DNA of 64,000 nt from an uncultured bacterium (GTDB taxonomy: Bacteria > Oederibacteriota > Oederibacteriia > Oederibacteriales > Oederibacteriaceae): NCBI GenBank assembly GCA_965112635.1, contig OZ218778.1, forward strand, positions 1,408,001 to 1,472,000. The letters are read 5' to 3'. Under the pieces are notes generated by a model. That model was not told the DNA's origin. It did not search any database and saw only the letters and a program-made list of their open reading frames with translations. The translations under genes and the position numbers were made by a program. This document shows positions 9,739 through 19,358 of this stretch, one piece after another (the first letter of the stretch is position 1; every line of letters begins with the position of its first letter).

Positions 9739-9980
9739 TGAGCTATTTCCTTCCTACTTCGGATGCAGATCAAGTCACTATCAGGATTTACACGCTCTCC
9801 GCCAGACTAATCAGGGTCATTGGAAACTGCCCTAAGGATTATGGGACCAACTCCTGCACTTGGGATGTTAAAGATGCCAACGGCTTTGGGCTGAGTAACG
9901 GGCTTTATTTCTATAGCGTTGAAGTTGTCCGTGGTTCCACCCATGTGAGGCAGGCCGGGAAAATCGCTATCACCCGCTGA
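9739..9980 (+). pseudogene. Orphan C-terminal FlgD-Ig/T9SS-like domain of a gene cut by the IS
   Basis: IRIYTLSARLIR...WDVKDANG..LSNGLYFY motif; the ATG at 9738 uses the last IS base. Confidence 0.7.
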
Positions 9981-10032
9981 GCTTCAAGCACGCTCAGCGG
10001 AAAAATTCAAAAACAGGTCAGGGGGTAAAAAA

Positions 10033-10290
10033 ATGAAAAAGATTAAGGCTGGTTTAGTAGGGGTATCCCTTTTATTGGGGGGGATTACTTTTGGCTTTAC
10101 ACAGACTACTAAAGCACAAATTCAGCAGACCATTGTGCAGGACAGAGCAACTGTCAAGGCTGACTTTGCAAAGCTTAAGCTGGATAGGAAGAGCGGCAAT
10201 AAGAGCCTGTTAGCTCAGGACTTAACCACCCTCAAAGCAGATCGAAAGAAAATGAGAAGTGACATGAAACTTTTGAAGGGCGCGAAATAA
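10033..10290 (+). CDS. Small secreted helical protein
   Basis: Signal-peptide-like N-terminus, basic helical body, G-rich RBS. Confidence 0.6.
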   Translation: MKKIKAGLVGVSLLLGGITFGFTQTTKAQIQQTIVQDRATVKADFAKLKLDRKSGNKSLLAQDLTTLKADRKKMRSDMKLLKGAK

Positions 10291-10423
10291 TAGAGAGACT
10301 GCCCCCTGGTATTTAAGAAAACCAAACCCTTCAAGTGGAGGAGTAACAAACATAATAGACTCTTCCCTACGAAAACCACGGGCGTAATCCCGTGGAAGTT
10401 TATTTGATAATGAGAAGGATAAG

Positions 10424-12883
10424 ATGAAAAGAATCTCTTTTTTTCTCTTGTTTACCCTGTTCCTACTGCCAATATTTCTGCACGCACAGAACTCTTCGCA
10501 AAACCGGATAATAAATACCTACGGCAATCTACCCCTGATATTTGAGCCCAATGTGGGACAAACCGACCCACCGGCAAAATTTATTTGCCGGGGAGCAGGG
10601 TATAGCTTGTTCCTCAAACATTCCGAGATGGTGCTGGTACTGAGGCATCCCAAAGAAGGGAATACAGATAAAAAAGACTTGATGCTCAAACACCATAAAC
10701 CAGAGGCAGAAGAGGCCGGGGTTTTGCGGGTAAAGTTGGTAGGAGGCAATGAAAACGGGCAGACTGAGCTGCTGGACCAGCTGGAGGGGAAGAGCAATTA
10801 TTTCATAGGCAATGACCCAGGCAAGTGGCATACGGACATACCCAATTACTCCAAAGTGAAATTGCATGAGGTTTATCCGGGCATAGACCTGGTTTATTAC
10901 GGCAACCAAAGACAGGTGGAGCATGATTTTGTAATCAAGTCCGGAGCCGACCCAAAGAATATCCAATTTAGTTTTACCGGTGCGGATGGCCTAAGCTTGG
11001 ACCAGAGCGGTAACCTCATCATCAAGACCAAAAAGAGCCAGGTGATATTCAAAAAGCCGGATATATACCAGGAGATTGGTGGGGTCAAAACAAGCGTGGT
11101 AGGACGATATTTTCTGCAGGGAGGAAGCCAGGCTGGTTTTGAAATAGGAACTTATGATCGATTAAGAGACTTGGTTATTGACCCTGTGCTGGTTTACTCA
11201 ACTTATTTAGGTGGAGGTGGAAATGATAATGGAGCCGGTATAGCTGTAGACAGCTCAGGAAATGCCTATATCACAGGTAATACATCTTCAACCAATTTCC
11301 CAACTCTCAATGCTATACAATCATCTAATGCTGGGGTTGTTAACGTTTTTGTGACCAAGATTAATAACACCGGCAGTGGCTATGTCTATTCCACATATCT
11401 TGGGGGGAACGGTAGTGATGGGGCTGGGAGCATTGCTATAGACAGCTCAGGAAATGCATATATAACTGGCGCGACTACTTCGACCAACTTCCCCACCCTC
11501 AATCCAATCCAGGGATCTTTAGGGGGATCGGGGGCCACGAATGCTTTTGTAACCAAGATCAATGCCGCAGGAAATGCATTGGTATATTCCACCTATCTAG
11601 GAGGAAATAGTATTGATAACGGTTTGGGTATCGCAGTAGATAGTTTAGGAAATGCTTATATCACTGGTAATACACGTTCACCTAACTTTCCCACCCTCAA
11701 TCCAATACAGGCGAGTTTTGGAGGAGACCAGAATGCTTTTGTTACCGAGATCAATGCTGCAGGAAATGCCTATGTTTATTCTACTTATCTTGGAGGTTTT
11801 AATACAGGTTTTGGACCTAGTAATACAGATTGTGGAGTTGGCATTGCCGTTGACAGCACTGGAAATGCCTATGTTACAGGTTTTACTAATTCATCTAACT
11901 TCCCCACCCTCAATCCAATCCAGGGATCTCTTGCAGGATCCATTAATGCTTTTGTAACCAAAATTAATGCGTCAGGATCTGCTCTGGTATATTCCACATA
12001 TCTTGGTGGAGGCGGTGGGGATGATGGATCCGGTATAGCTGTAGATAGTTTAGGAAACGCTTATATCACTGGTTGTACAAGTTCAACCAATTTTCCCACT
12101 TACAATCCAATCCAGGGTTCTTTAGGGGGATTGGGGGGCGGGAATGCTTTTGTAACCAAGATCAATGCCGCGGGTACTGCCCTGGTTTACTCCACCTATC
12201 TTGGAGGGAACGGTAGTGATGCAGGCTCTGGTTTGGCTATAGACAGTTCAGATAATGTTTATGTCACTGGTTGGACTACCTCAACCAATTTTCCCACACT
12301 CAATCCAATACAAGGAAGTCTCGGTGGAACGCAAAATAGCTTTATGACGGAAATTAATTCCGCAGGTAATGCTCTTGTTTTTTCCACCTATTTTGGAGGG
12401 AACGGTACGGATTATGGGTTTGGGCTTGCTCTGGACAGCTCAGGAAATGCATATATAACTGGCGCGACTACTTCGACCAACTTTCCCACGCTCAACCCTA
12501 TCCAGGGAACTTTTGGAGGAGGTACAACCCTTGGAGATGCTTTTGTGGCCAAGATTAGTTCAACTTTTCCGACACCGATACCAACTCCGAGTATAGCCCA
12601 GCCAACAGCTGGAACGACCTTTATTTACCCCTCACCAGCCACGGGGGATACGGCCACGGTTGTTTACACTATGGCTGGAGCGGGGAATGTTCATATCAAT
12701 ATCTATAACGAAGCAGCCCAACTGGTTGAAACCGTAGATGACACCAAACCAGCCGGGCCCCAGATGAATATTATTAATACCAAGAGTTTAGCCACAGGTG
12801 TTTACTTGTATGTTATCAAGCTGGATTACAACACTCTGGGTTCAACTAAAATTGGCCCGAAGAAGTTTATGGTGGTGAAATAA
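10424..12883 (+). CDS. SBBP-repeat beta-propeller surface protein with T9SS-like C-terminal domain
   Basis: Repeats YSTYLGG..D.G.GIAVDSSGNAYITG.T.STNFPT; FEPNVGQTD N-domain; IYPSP...ATGVYLY...KFMVVK tail. Confidence 0.9.
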   Translation: MKRISFFLLFTLFLLPIFLHAQNSSQNRIINTYGNLPLIFEPNVGQTDPPAKFICRGAGYSLFLKHSEMVLVLRHPKEGNTDKKDLMLKHHKPEAEEAGVLRVKLVGGNENGQTELLDQLEGKSNYFIGNDPGKWHTDIPNYSKVKLHEVYPGIDLVYYGNQRQVEHDFVIKSGADPKNIQFSFTGADGLSLDQSGNLIIKTKKSQVIFKKPDIYQEIGGVKTSVVGRYFLQGGSQAGFEIGTYDRLRDLVIDPVLVYSTYLGGGGNDNGAGIAVDSSGNAYITGNTSSTNFPTLNAIQSSNAGVVNVFVTKINNTGSGYVYSTYLGGNGSDGAGSIAIDSSGNAYITGATTSTNFPTLNPIQGSLGGSGATNAFVTKINAAGNALVYSTYLGGNSIDNGLGIAVDSLGNAYITGNTRSPNFPTLNPIQASFGGDQNAFVTEINAAGNAYVYSTYLGGFNTGFGPSNTDCGVGIAVDSTGNAYVTGFTNSSNFPTLNPIQGSLAGSINAFVTKINASGSALVYSTYLGGGGGDDGSGIAVDSLGNAYITGCTSSTNFPTYNPIQGSLGGLGGGNAFVTKINAAGTALVYSTYLGGNGSDAGSGLAIDSSDNVYVTGWTTSTNFPTLNPIQGSLGGTQNSFMTEINSAGNALVFSTYFGGNGTDYGFGLALDSSGNAYITGATTSTNFPTLNPIQGTFGGGTTLGDAFVAKISSTFPTPIPTPSIAQPTAGTTFIYPSPATGDTATVVYTMAGAGNVHINIYNEAAQLVETVDDTKPAGPQMNIINTKSLATGVYLYVIKLDYNTLGSTKIGPKKFMVVK

Positions 12884-12906
12884 AGAATAATTTAAAAGGT
12901 ACCGGC

Positions 12907-13815
12907 ATGAAGAAGTTATTTTTGACAACAGCAATCCTTCTATGGCCTTGTATAATTTGGGCTCAAACCACAGTGCTGTCCTCGGCGGGATACGCAATCC
13001 CGTTAAGTAATTTGGGGCCTTCGGCGAGGGCCAATGTGATGGGGTCGGCGTTCGTGGGAGTGGCGGACGATTCTTCGGCGCTGTTTTGGAACCCGGCTGG
13101 GCTGGGTTTACTGGATGATGGGGAAATAGCCCTGCACCACAATAGCTGGTTGACGGATATTACGGAGGATACGGCGATATTGAGCCTGCCCTTGGAATAC
13201 GGGAGCGTGGGGGCAGCCATAGATTTCTTGAATTACGGAAGTTTTGAGGGAAGGGACAGCGGAGGAGGCTTGACCTCGAGCTACACGGGACAAAACATCC
13301 AGGGAGCTCTGGGTTGGGGCCTGGAACTGGCGGACAAATATTTTGGGGGTGTGACCATGAAATTCGCGCAGTTGACCCTATCGAGCCAGACGACCACGGT
13401 GATAAGCGGAGAGGCCGGGTTGATCAAGCAGTTAGGAAAAAACTTTAGGCTGGGACTATGCTACAACAATCCGGGAACAGCGGTTAATGGGAGCCAGATA
13501 GACAGCACGTTAAGTTTAGGCGGGTCCTACCGGGCCGAGCGGGCTAAGATGAACAGGGTATTGGTGGCAGTGGGGGCGCAAATAGGATCCAATAATGTGA
13601 ACCAGATCCAGGTTGCGGCAGAGGATGTTTTGTATTCATTAATGTCTTTGCGGATGGGATATCAGTTGAACCTGAGCGACATGCGGTTAGATGGGCTGAC
13701 AGGTTTCAGCGTAGGGGTAGGATTTAGCATCCAGGGATTTGTGGTGGACTATGCCTACCAGCCCTACGGAGACCTGGGGAATTCCAACCGAGTGAGCATG
13801 AGTTATCTATTTTAA
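12907..13815 (+). CDS. PorV/PorQ-family (FadL-like) outer-membrane protein
   Basis: ARANVMGSAFVGVADDSSALFWNPAGL and DYAYQPYGDLGNSNRVSMSYLF signatures. Confidence 0.85.
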   Translation: MKKLFLTTAILLWPCIIWAQTTVLSSAGYAIPLSNLGPSARANVMGSAFVGVADDSSALFWNPAGLGLLDDGEIALHHNSWLTDITEDTAILSLPLEYGSVGAAIDFLNYGSFEGRDSGGGLTSSYTGQNIQGALGWGLELADKYFGGVTMKFAQLTLSSQTTTVISGEAGLIKQLGKNFRLGLCYNNPGTAVNGSQIDSTLSLGGSYRAERAKMNRVLVAVGAQIGSNNVNQIQVAAEDVLYSLMSLRMGYQLNLSDMRLDGLTGFSVGVGFSIQGFVVDYAYQPYGDLGNSNRVSMSYLF

Positions 13816-13832
13816 AAAGCCATAAAACCGAG

Positions 13833-14207
13833 AACAGGACACGTGTCCTGTTTTGTCAAGAAAAGGCTCTTAAATACACAAAAAGACACGCTTAGTAGAG
13901 CTTAACACCTGAAAAAATTATAAACCAATTACCCATTCCTATCATTTTTTACATTTTTTCCTTAGATTTACATATAAATAAAACATACCACCCTCCCGCG
14001 CATCAATACTCCGAAGATTCTAGAAACCCACCCAACACAGTCACAATCAGTTACAGTGAGTGGGTTGGGTGGGTTACGTTTATCGCCTTTTCGGCGATAA
14101 AGAATCGAGGAAATAAGGATTTTTGCAAGAGGGGGGGGATAGTATAGACTATCCCCCCTATAGTCCAAAAAATGAGTTAAACTCTGAACCCGACACGTGT
14201 CGGGTTC
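13833..14207. repeat. Two perfect palindromes sharing core GACACGTGTC (13833-13852, 14186-14207)
   Basis: AACAGGACACGTGTCCTGTT and GAACCCGACACGTGTCGGGTTC read directly. Confidence 0.85.
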
Positions 14208-14281
14208 GGATTAAAAAAGGCTTCTAAAAACAGAAAAACCACGACCTTGGAGCCGTAGCTTTTTCCTGGTTTGACAAAGTA

Positions 14282-14602
14282 TTAGCTGTGAAGGGTTTCT
14301 TGGAACATATTTATTGGATTGAGCTGTTTGCCGCAGGCCTTGGCGAATCTATCAAGAAAGTTATAAGTAGGGTTATCTTCACCCTGGCCGGTCTCATATT
14401 TGGCTATCACACTCTGTGTAGTACCCATTTTTTTTGCGACCTGAGCCTGGGTGAGTTTGGCTTTTTTTCTAACAGTTAACAGTGCCATGGCCAGCTCTGA
14501 CCGCTCCCTGAGCATTTCAGCCCGTTTTTTCACCACGGGGTCTTTTAACATCTTCTTGAAAAAGGGTTCCGGGTCCATCGTATATTTAGAATTATATTTC
14601 AT
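14282..14602 (-). CDS. XRE-HTH antitoxin (HigA-like)
   Basis: RKKAKLTQAQVAKKMGTTQSVIAKYETG; downstream of toxin. Confidence 0.85.
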   Translation of the reverse strand: MKYNSKYTMDPEPFFKKMLKDPVVKKRAEMLRERSELAMALLTVRKKAKLTQAQVAKKMGTTQSVIAKYETGQGEDNPTYNFLDRFAKACGKQLNPINMFQETLHS

Positions 14603-14954
14603 TGATGACCTCCTTCATTCTTTTAATGGCAGTTTTCAAATCATTACTGTGTGTTTTCTGTCTTGTTTTTTTGAATATATGAAGCCAGACCATAACCTCT
14701 GCTTCTACCAGCATATAGGCTATTCTGTATCTTCCGCCTTTTGTTCTAAACTTAATTTTCCAAAGCTTTCCCTGAAGCTGACGAAATTCAACCTCTGAAA
14801 AAGCCAACCCCCACTTTTCAACTCCACGCCTCACCTCATAGAAGTCAGCGTATTCAGACTTAGGTAAGCCTTCAATAAAGTCTTGAACGGGGCTTCTACC
14901 AGAAGGATTTTTATAAAAGATAACTTTCACTATGTTTCTACCCTCCATAGTCAT
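14592..14954 (-). CDS. RelE/HigB-like (Gp49-type) toxin
   Basis: FYKNPSGRSPVQDFI...LWKIK...YRI...LHIFKKTRQKT. Confidence 0.85.
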   Translation of the reverse strand: MTMEGRNIVKVIFYKNPSGRSPVQDFIEGLPKSEYADFYEVRRGVEKWGLAFSEVEFRQLQGKLWKIKFRTKGGRYRIAYMLVEAEVMVWLHIFKKTRQKTHSNDLKTAIKRMKEVINEI

Positions 14955-15451
14955 TATAGTTTATAAGCTATAATTGTCAATCAATTAGATCAGAAAAAGC
15001 TATGACCTTTTAAAATTGCAGCCTTTTTCCTTGTTTCCTGTTTGCTACGAGTTAAAACCTAAAATATTCAAATCATGAATCATTAATCAAAAAATAAAAT
15101 ACTGCCCCCCTGTGTTGTTTAGACCCTTTTCACCGTCTCGATACCCGACCAACGCACCCTTCAACCTACTAATAATGTTACTGAGGGGGCGTTGGTCGGG
15201 GGGCCACGAGCACAGCGAAAGTGGCAGAGACGGTGAAAAATAAAGGAGAAAATAACAAGAGGGGGTCACTAACCCTTTAGTGGGGGGGATTAGTGGGTTT
15301 AGACCCTAAAGGGCTTAAAGGACTTATTCTAAATTCCTAGTTAAGAGACCTCTCACTGGTTATTTATAGGCTTGCTAATGTTACATATGGAAACTATACT
15401 TTAATTGGAAGCACAAAATTACAAAGGAATTTTGCAAGGCAGGAGGATATT

Positions 15452-15676
15452 ATGGAAATTGCACATGGTATTAGTGTGAAAGAGGGTGTCAGGTTCGGGA
15501 AACCGGTTATTACTGGCACAAGAGTTCCTGTTGATCTTATCCTGGGAAAATTGGCGGGTGGTATGACCTATGAGCAAGTAATGGCTGAATATGAGATAAC
15601 TCGGAAAGATATATTGGCTGCCCTGGATTATGCGGCAACAACGCTATCCAATGAAGAAGTCAGGGCAATAGGATAA
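15452..15676 (+). CDS. DUF433 antitoxin-like protein
   Basis: GKPVITGTRVPVDLIL...DILAALDYA. Confidence 0.9.
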   Translation: MEIAHGISVKEGVRFGKPVITGTRVPVDLILGKLAGGMTYEQVMAEYEITRKDILAALDYAATTLSNEEVRAIG

Positions 15677-16048
15677 ATGGTAAAAATCGTCCTTGATGAG
15701 GACATGCCCCGCTCTATCAAACAGGTTTTAACAATCCTTGGTTATGAGGTAAAGGATATCCGCGATCACGGGCTTCGCGGTGCAGATGACAATAAGATTT
15801 TCCAGTTTGCCCAGGATAACGGGGCCGTCTTAATGACCGGGGATCAGGGCTTTGGAAATCCCCTCCAGTTCCCTTTGGAAAGCCATAATGGAATTGTCAT
15901 TGTTCATTTTCCCACTGAAATTCCCACTGAAAAGATAAATCTTGAGGTTGGACGAAAGCTTAATGGCTTAAAAGAAGAAGATTTTAGAGGTAGTTTGATC
16001 GTGATTGAACCTGGAAAGGTCAGGGTTAAAAGGGCTTCCCATTCCTGA
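15677..16048 (+). CDS. DUF5615 PIN-like toxin
   Basis: IVLDEDMP...GADDNKIFQFA...LMTGDQGFG; adjacent to DUF433. Confidence 0.85.
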   Translation: MVKIVLDEDMPRSIKQVLTILGYEVKDIRDHGLRGADDNKIFQFAQDNGAVLMTGDQGFGNPLQFPLESHNGIVIVHFPTEIPTEKINLEVGRKLNGLKEEDFRGSLIVIEPGKVRVKRASHS

Positions 16049-16132
16049 GCATTTACTTGAAGAAATCGGAGATGTCTGCTAACTACCCCGGGTTTTAAAA
16101 ATAGATGAGAGAGCCAGGAGTTAAAGGTTGTT

Positions 16133-17008
16133 TCAACTTTCCGAATTATCCGGTCTTGGATTGGAGATAAGCACTAAGAGGTCGGAGGGAGTGGCTAGGG
16201 AAATACATTCCGCGTCAAAGTTCATCGGCTTTAACAGTCTCTTTTTTAATTGAAATTCCGAACTGGAAAGAATGCCCTCAAAATCTTCACCAGCCATCCA
16301 GGCATCAAAGAACGAACCTTGCTTTTTAATCCCATCTCCTGCTGAGAAAACACTAGGGAATCTGGCTGAGGTCACGAAATTTCTGACTTTAAAGCACAGT
16401 CCTGGCTCAGAGCTATCTTCCATGATAAGGACAGCACATTTGTCCTGATGTAGTTTGGCATACCGGATAGCTGTAGCTTCCTTAGAAGCGATATAGCGTT
16501 TGCCCAGTTTTTCGATGGAATCCATTTGAATGGGTAAGGCCAAGGCATCCTTTAAGAATATCTCCTTAGGCATGAGAAACTCAAAGGCGCAGTCAAAGGC
16601 TTCCTGCTCAATGATCTTCTGGACCTGGGAATCTGTCTCCAAATCGCTGAAATCAATGTCCTGATGCCAGGGCAGGATGGCATGGCCGCATTCGTGGAAA
16701 ATACTAAGGCGGGTGCGTTCTTCAGCCATATTTCTATTAACCCAGATGCAAGACCTGCCGTCCGGTTCTCTTTGCAGCCAGGCGCAGGCGGTACTGAGCG
16801 CAGGGCTTAATTCATGGCTTTCAGGGTTGTTACGCTCAAAAGCCCTGATTTGTTCCCTGGTGAACTCATTAAGGTCAATTCCCAGGTGGTTCAGGATAAC
16901 CTTTTCATCTATAGGAGGTTCTTTTAAATCACATTCTTGGAGGATTTTCTGGGCATAGGAGGTGGGGTTTCTTTTGTGTCGGTCGTTTAGTATTGAAGAA
17001 AAGTCCAC
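16133..17008 (-). CDS. ImmA/IrrE-family metallopeptidase
   Basis: RLSIFHECGH (HExxH), EQEAFDCAFEFLMP. Confidence 0.9.
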   Translation of the reverse strand: MDFSSILNDRHKRNPTSYAQKILQECDLKEPPIDEKVILNHLGIDLNEFTREQIRAFERNNPESHELSPALSTACAWLQREPDGRSCIWVNRNMAEERTRLSIFHECGHAILPWHQDIDFSDLETDSQVQKIIEQEAFDCAFEFLMPKEIFLKDALALPIQMDSIEKLGKRYIASKEATAIRYAKLHQDKCAVLIMEDSSEPGLCFKVRNFVTSARFPSVFSAGDGIKKQGSFFDAWMAGEDFEGILSSSEFQLKKRLLKPMNFDAECISLATPSDLLVLISNPRPDNSES

Positions 17009-17367
17009 TACTTATCCTTTTTCTCTTTATCTTCTTTCTTTTTGAGGAAATTAATAAAGTCCATTACCTGTCTTTTGCTGGAAGGGGAGAGCTTTTCATA
17101 GCCCCTGAAATGGGTTGGTTGTTTCTCATTATTGTCCAGGAAGCCTGCTTTGTGTAGCAGATCGGATACAGGGACATCAAAGAAATCGGCCAGCCGTTTG
17201 AAGTATTTAGGGTCAATTAAGGCTTTTTCCCCACCCTCGAGCTTGTAAAGATAGGTGTCAGAGATTTTCACAGCCTTAGCCACTTCCGTAACTGAAGCTC
17301 TTTTATCAGCTCTAAGGTTAGCGAGGTATTTTCCAAACTCTTTCATTTTTTGTTCTTTGTTAGTCAT
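17008..17367 (-). CDS. XRE-family repressor (ImmR-like)
   Basis: HTH SVTEVAKAVKISDTYLYKLEGG; coupled to the ImmA-like gene. Confidence 0.9.
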   Translation of the reverse strand: MTNKEQKMKEFGKYLANLRADKRASVTEVAKAVKISDTYLYKLEGGEKALIDPKYFKRLADFFDVPVSDLLHKAGFLDNNEKQPTHFRGYEKLSPSSKRQVMDFINFLKKKEDKEKKDK

Positions 17368-17420
17368 GGTGGCTCCTTGATAGGTATTTTACCCTGACAA
17401 GATACCAGAAGCAAATAAAG

Positions 17421-17479
17421 TTGTACTTATGGTGTTGACAGGGAACAAAAAAGTATTATAATTTATACCAATAGTACAA
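17421..17479 (+). promoter_or_regulatory. Sigma70 promoter for xis-int flanked by an inverted operator-like repeat
   Basis: TTGACA-N16-TATAAT at 17435-17462 between TTGTAC and GTACAA half-sites. Confidence 0.6.
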
Positions 17480-17523
17480 GACATGAAGGAGGTGGGCAGG
17501 GGTAAGCAAGGAAAGGATAGGAA

Positions 17524-17838
17524 GTGGAAACAAGCAGTAAAGCAACACAGACGAATGGGAGGAGATTGGACGATATGGGCAGCCTGGAGCGAGAGAGCGG
17601 AACAAGGCTCTTAAAAAGAGAAGAAGTGGCATTTCAGTTGAATGTAAGCAGATATCAGGTCAGGGATTTAACCTATGAGGGTAAGCTTCCTGTGGTTCAT
17701 TTGGGGCGGTGTGTAAGATACGATCCCAAAGACGTAGAAACCTTTATCCTGAACGCAAAGGAAAGTTCGAGGGGATATAATAGCCATAGTGTACTTAAAT
17801 TAAGGACTGCGGAAAGCAGTCTGAAAGAGGGGAGGTGA
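17524..17838 (+). CDS. Excisionase-like HTH protein
   Basis: LLKREEVAFQLNVS...GKLPVVHLGRCVRYDPKDVETFI. Confidence 0.85.
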   Translation: METSSKATQTNGRRLDDMGSLERESGTRLLKREEVAFQLNVSRYQVRDLTYEGKLPVVHLGRCVRYDPKDVETFILNAKESSRGYNSHSVLKLRTAESSLKEGR

Positions 17839-18944
17839 AAAAAATGAATATTATTCAATTAGCAGACGGTTCTTTTAGGGTAGATTACAGGGATGGTTTT
17901 GGAAAAAGGCACCGTGCCAACCTAGGTAATGTCAGAAGGATTGCCGAACGCAAAATGCAGGCGATTGACGAACAAGTCCAAAGACAAAAACTAGGACTAT
18001 CTCCCCAAATGGAAAGATGCAAACTCACATTGACAGAACTTTTGGAGCAATGGATTGCACAAAATCCCAGGGAGAACAGAGGGAGCACACTGAAGAGAAA
18101 GCGGTCGGTTTTAAATAACATCAAAAACTATCTGGGTCAGCGCCCCATTGTTACTCTGCAAAGCTCAGACTTTGAGAATTATTTAGACAGCCGGAAGAAT
18201 AAAGGTGTTGCTCAAAAAAAAGGTGTCTCTATTTCTACACGCAACAGGGAAATAGCGATATTAAAGGCATGTCTGGCTTACGCTGTAAGCAGAAAGTATC
18301 TGGTCTATTCACCAACAGCTGCCCTAAAGGTTCAAAGCGAAAAACATTTGCGGAGAACAAGGGTATTAGGTCTAGAGGAAGAAAAGCTGCTTTTGGAAAA
18401 GGCTAACCCCTATATGGCCGAGATCATCCGTTTTGCCATAGCTACAGGCATGAGGAAATGCGAGATATTAAGCCTGCGGTGGGATAGGGTTGATATGAAT
18501 AAAAGGACGGCGTTTATACCTGCTGAACTGTCAAAATCCAAAAAATGCCGAACTGTGCCCCTCGTTGGCCAGGCCTGGGAGGTCATCCAGAGACAATTTG
18601 AGAAGCTTCAAGAACCTGTCTCTATGACTAACACAGGTGAGATCAAAACCAAAGTCAAACCTGGAGCATTGCAGCTCCCTGTATTCTGCTATAAAAACAG
18701 AACAGAATGGAGATTCAGGGAAAAGACATTTAAGGATATTTGCGAGTGTGCTAATATATCTGGCCTATGGTTCCATGACCTTAGAAGAACCTGCGCCACG
18801 AGGTTATTAGCGGCAGGGGCTGATTTTAAGACCGTTTCGGAGTGGATAGGTGATGAGCCTAAAACCACGGTAGAGGTATATTGTCAGACTTCTCCTGAGA
18901 GGCTCCGTGAAATGGGTGAGAAGATGGCAAAGATGTTCATTTAG
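17835..18944 (+). CDS. Tyrosine recombinase / phage-type integrase
   Basis: TGMRKCEI, FHDLRRT, C-terminal Tyr (IGDEPKTTVEVY). Confidence 0.92.
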   Translation: MKKMNIIQLADGSFRVDYRDGFGKRHRANLGNVRRIAERKMQAIDEQVQRQKLGLSPQMERCKLTLTELLEQWIAQNPRENRGSTLKRKRSVLNNIKNYLGQRPIVTLQSSDFENYLDSRKNKGVAQKKGVSISTRNREIAILKACLAYAVSRKYLVYSPTAALKVQSEKHLRRTRVLGLEEEKLLLEKANPYMAEIIRFAIATGMRKCEILSLRWDRVDMNKRTAFIPAELSKSKKCRTVPLVGQAWEVIQRQFEKLQEPVSMTNTGEIKTKVKPGALQLPVFCYKNRTEWRFREKTFKDICECANISGLWFHDLRRTCATRLLAAGADFKTVSEWIGDEPKTTVEVYCQTSPERLREMGEKMAKMFI

Positions 18945-19046
18945 GTTAGGACATGGCAAGAAATGGACACTAGTATAAAATAGCAAAAGCAAGGTAAGAG
19001 GGTAAGAGGCAAAAAGGCTTAATTCATAATGAGATTATCCAAGGAT

Positions 19047-19121
19047 GGCGGCGTAGCCAAGCGGTAAGGCAGAGGTCTGCAAAACCTTTATACATCGGTT
19101 CAATTCCGATCGCCGCCTCCA
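19047..19121 (+). tRNA. tRNA-Cys(GCA)
   Basis: Cloverleaf, anticodon loop CTGCAAA, CCA end. Confidence 0.95.
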
Positions 19122-19201
19122 AAAAAATAGATGGAAGCAAGAACCGCGATGCGCTTCCGTGAGAGAAACTGACAGTTGGACGTATGTTGTCTGGCAAACA
19201 T

Positions 19202-19278
19202 GGGCGGTTAGCTCAGCTGGTTAGAGTGCCAGCTCGACAAGCTGGAGGTCACTGGTTCGAGCCCAGTACCGCCCACCA
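19202..19278 (+). tRNA. tRNA-Val(GAC)
   Basis: Cloverleaf, CCAGC-TCGACAA-GCTGG, CCA end. Confidence 0.93.
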
Positions 19279-19358
19279 GAACAATGCAGGCAATGTTATT
19301 AATGCAATACCTTGCCTGCGTTGTTCTGGTCAAATAGCTGAAAATTAAATCATTTAAA

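Noticed and set aside
10376-10395. CCACGGG/CCCGTGG hairpin resembling IS200/IS605 ends
   Set aside because: Single short stem with no adjacent tnpA/tnpB; cannot be distinguished from an ordinary hairpin
11170-12560. Internal DNA repeats in the SBBP gene as a DGR or shuffling system
   Set aside because: Explained by propeller-blade protein repeats; no reverse transcriptase or adenine-specific variation noticed
19229-19245. C at position 33 of tRNA-Val(GAC)
   Set aside because: Rest of the tRNA is canonical and I recall this variant in other Val(GAC) tRNAs; weak signal
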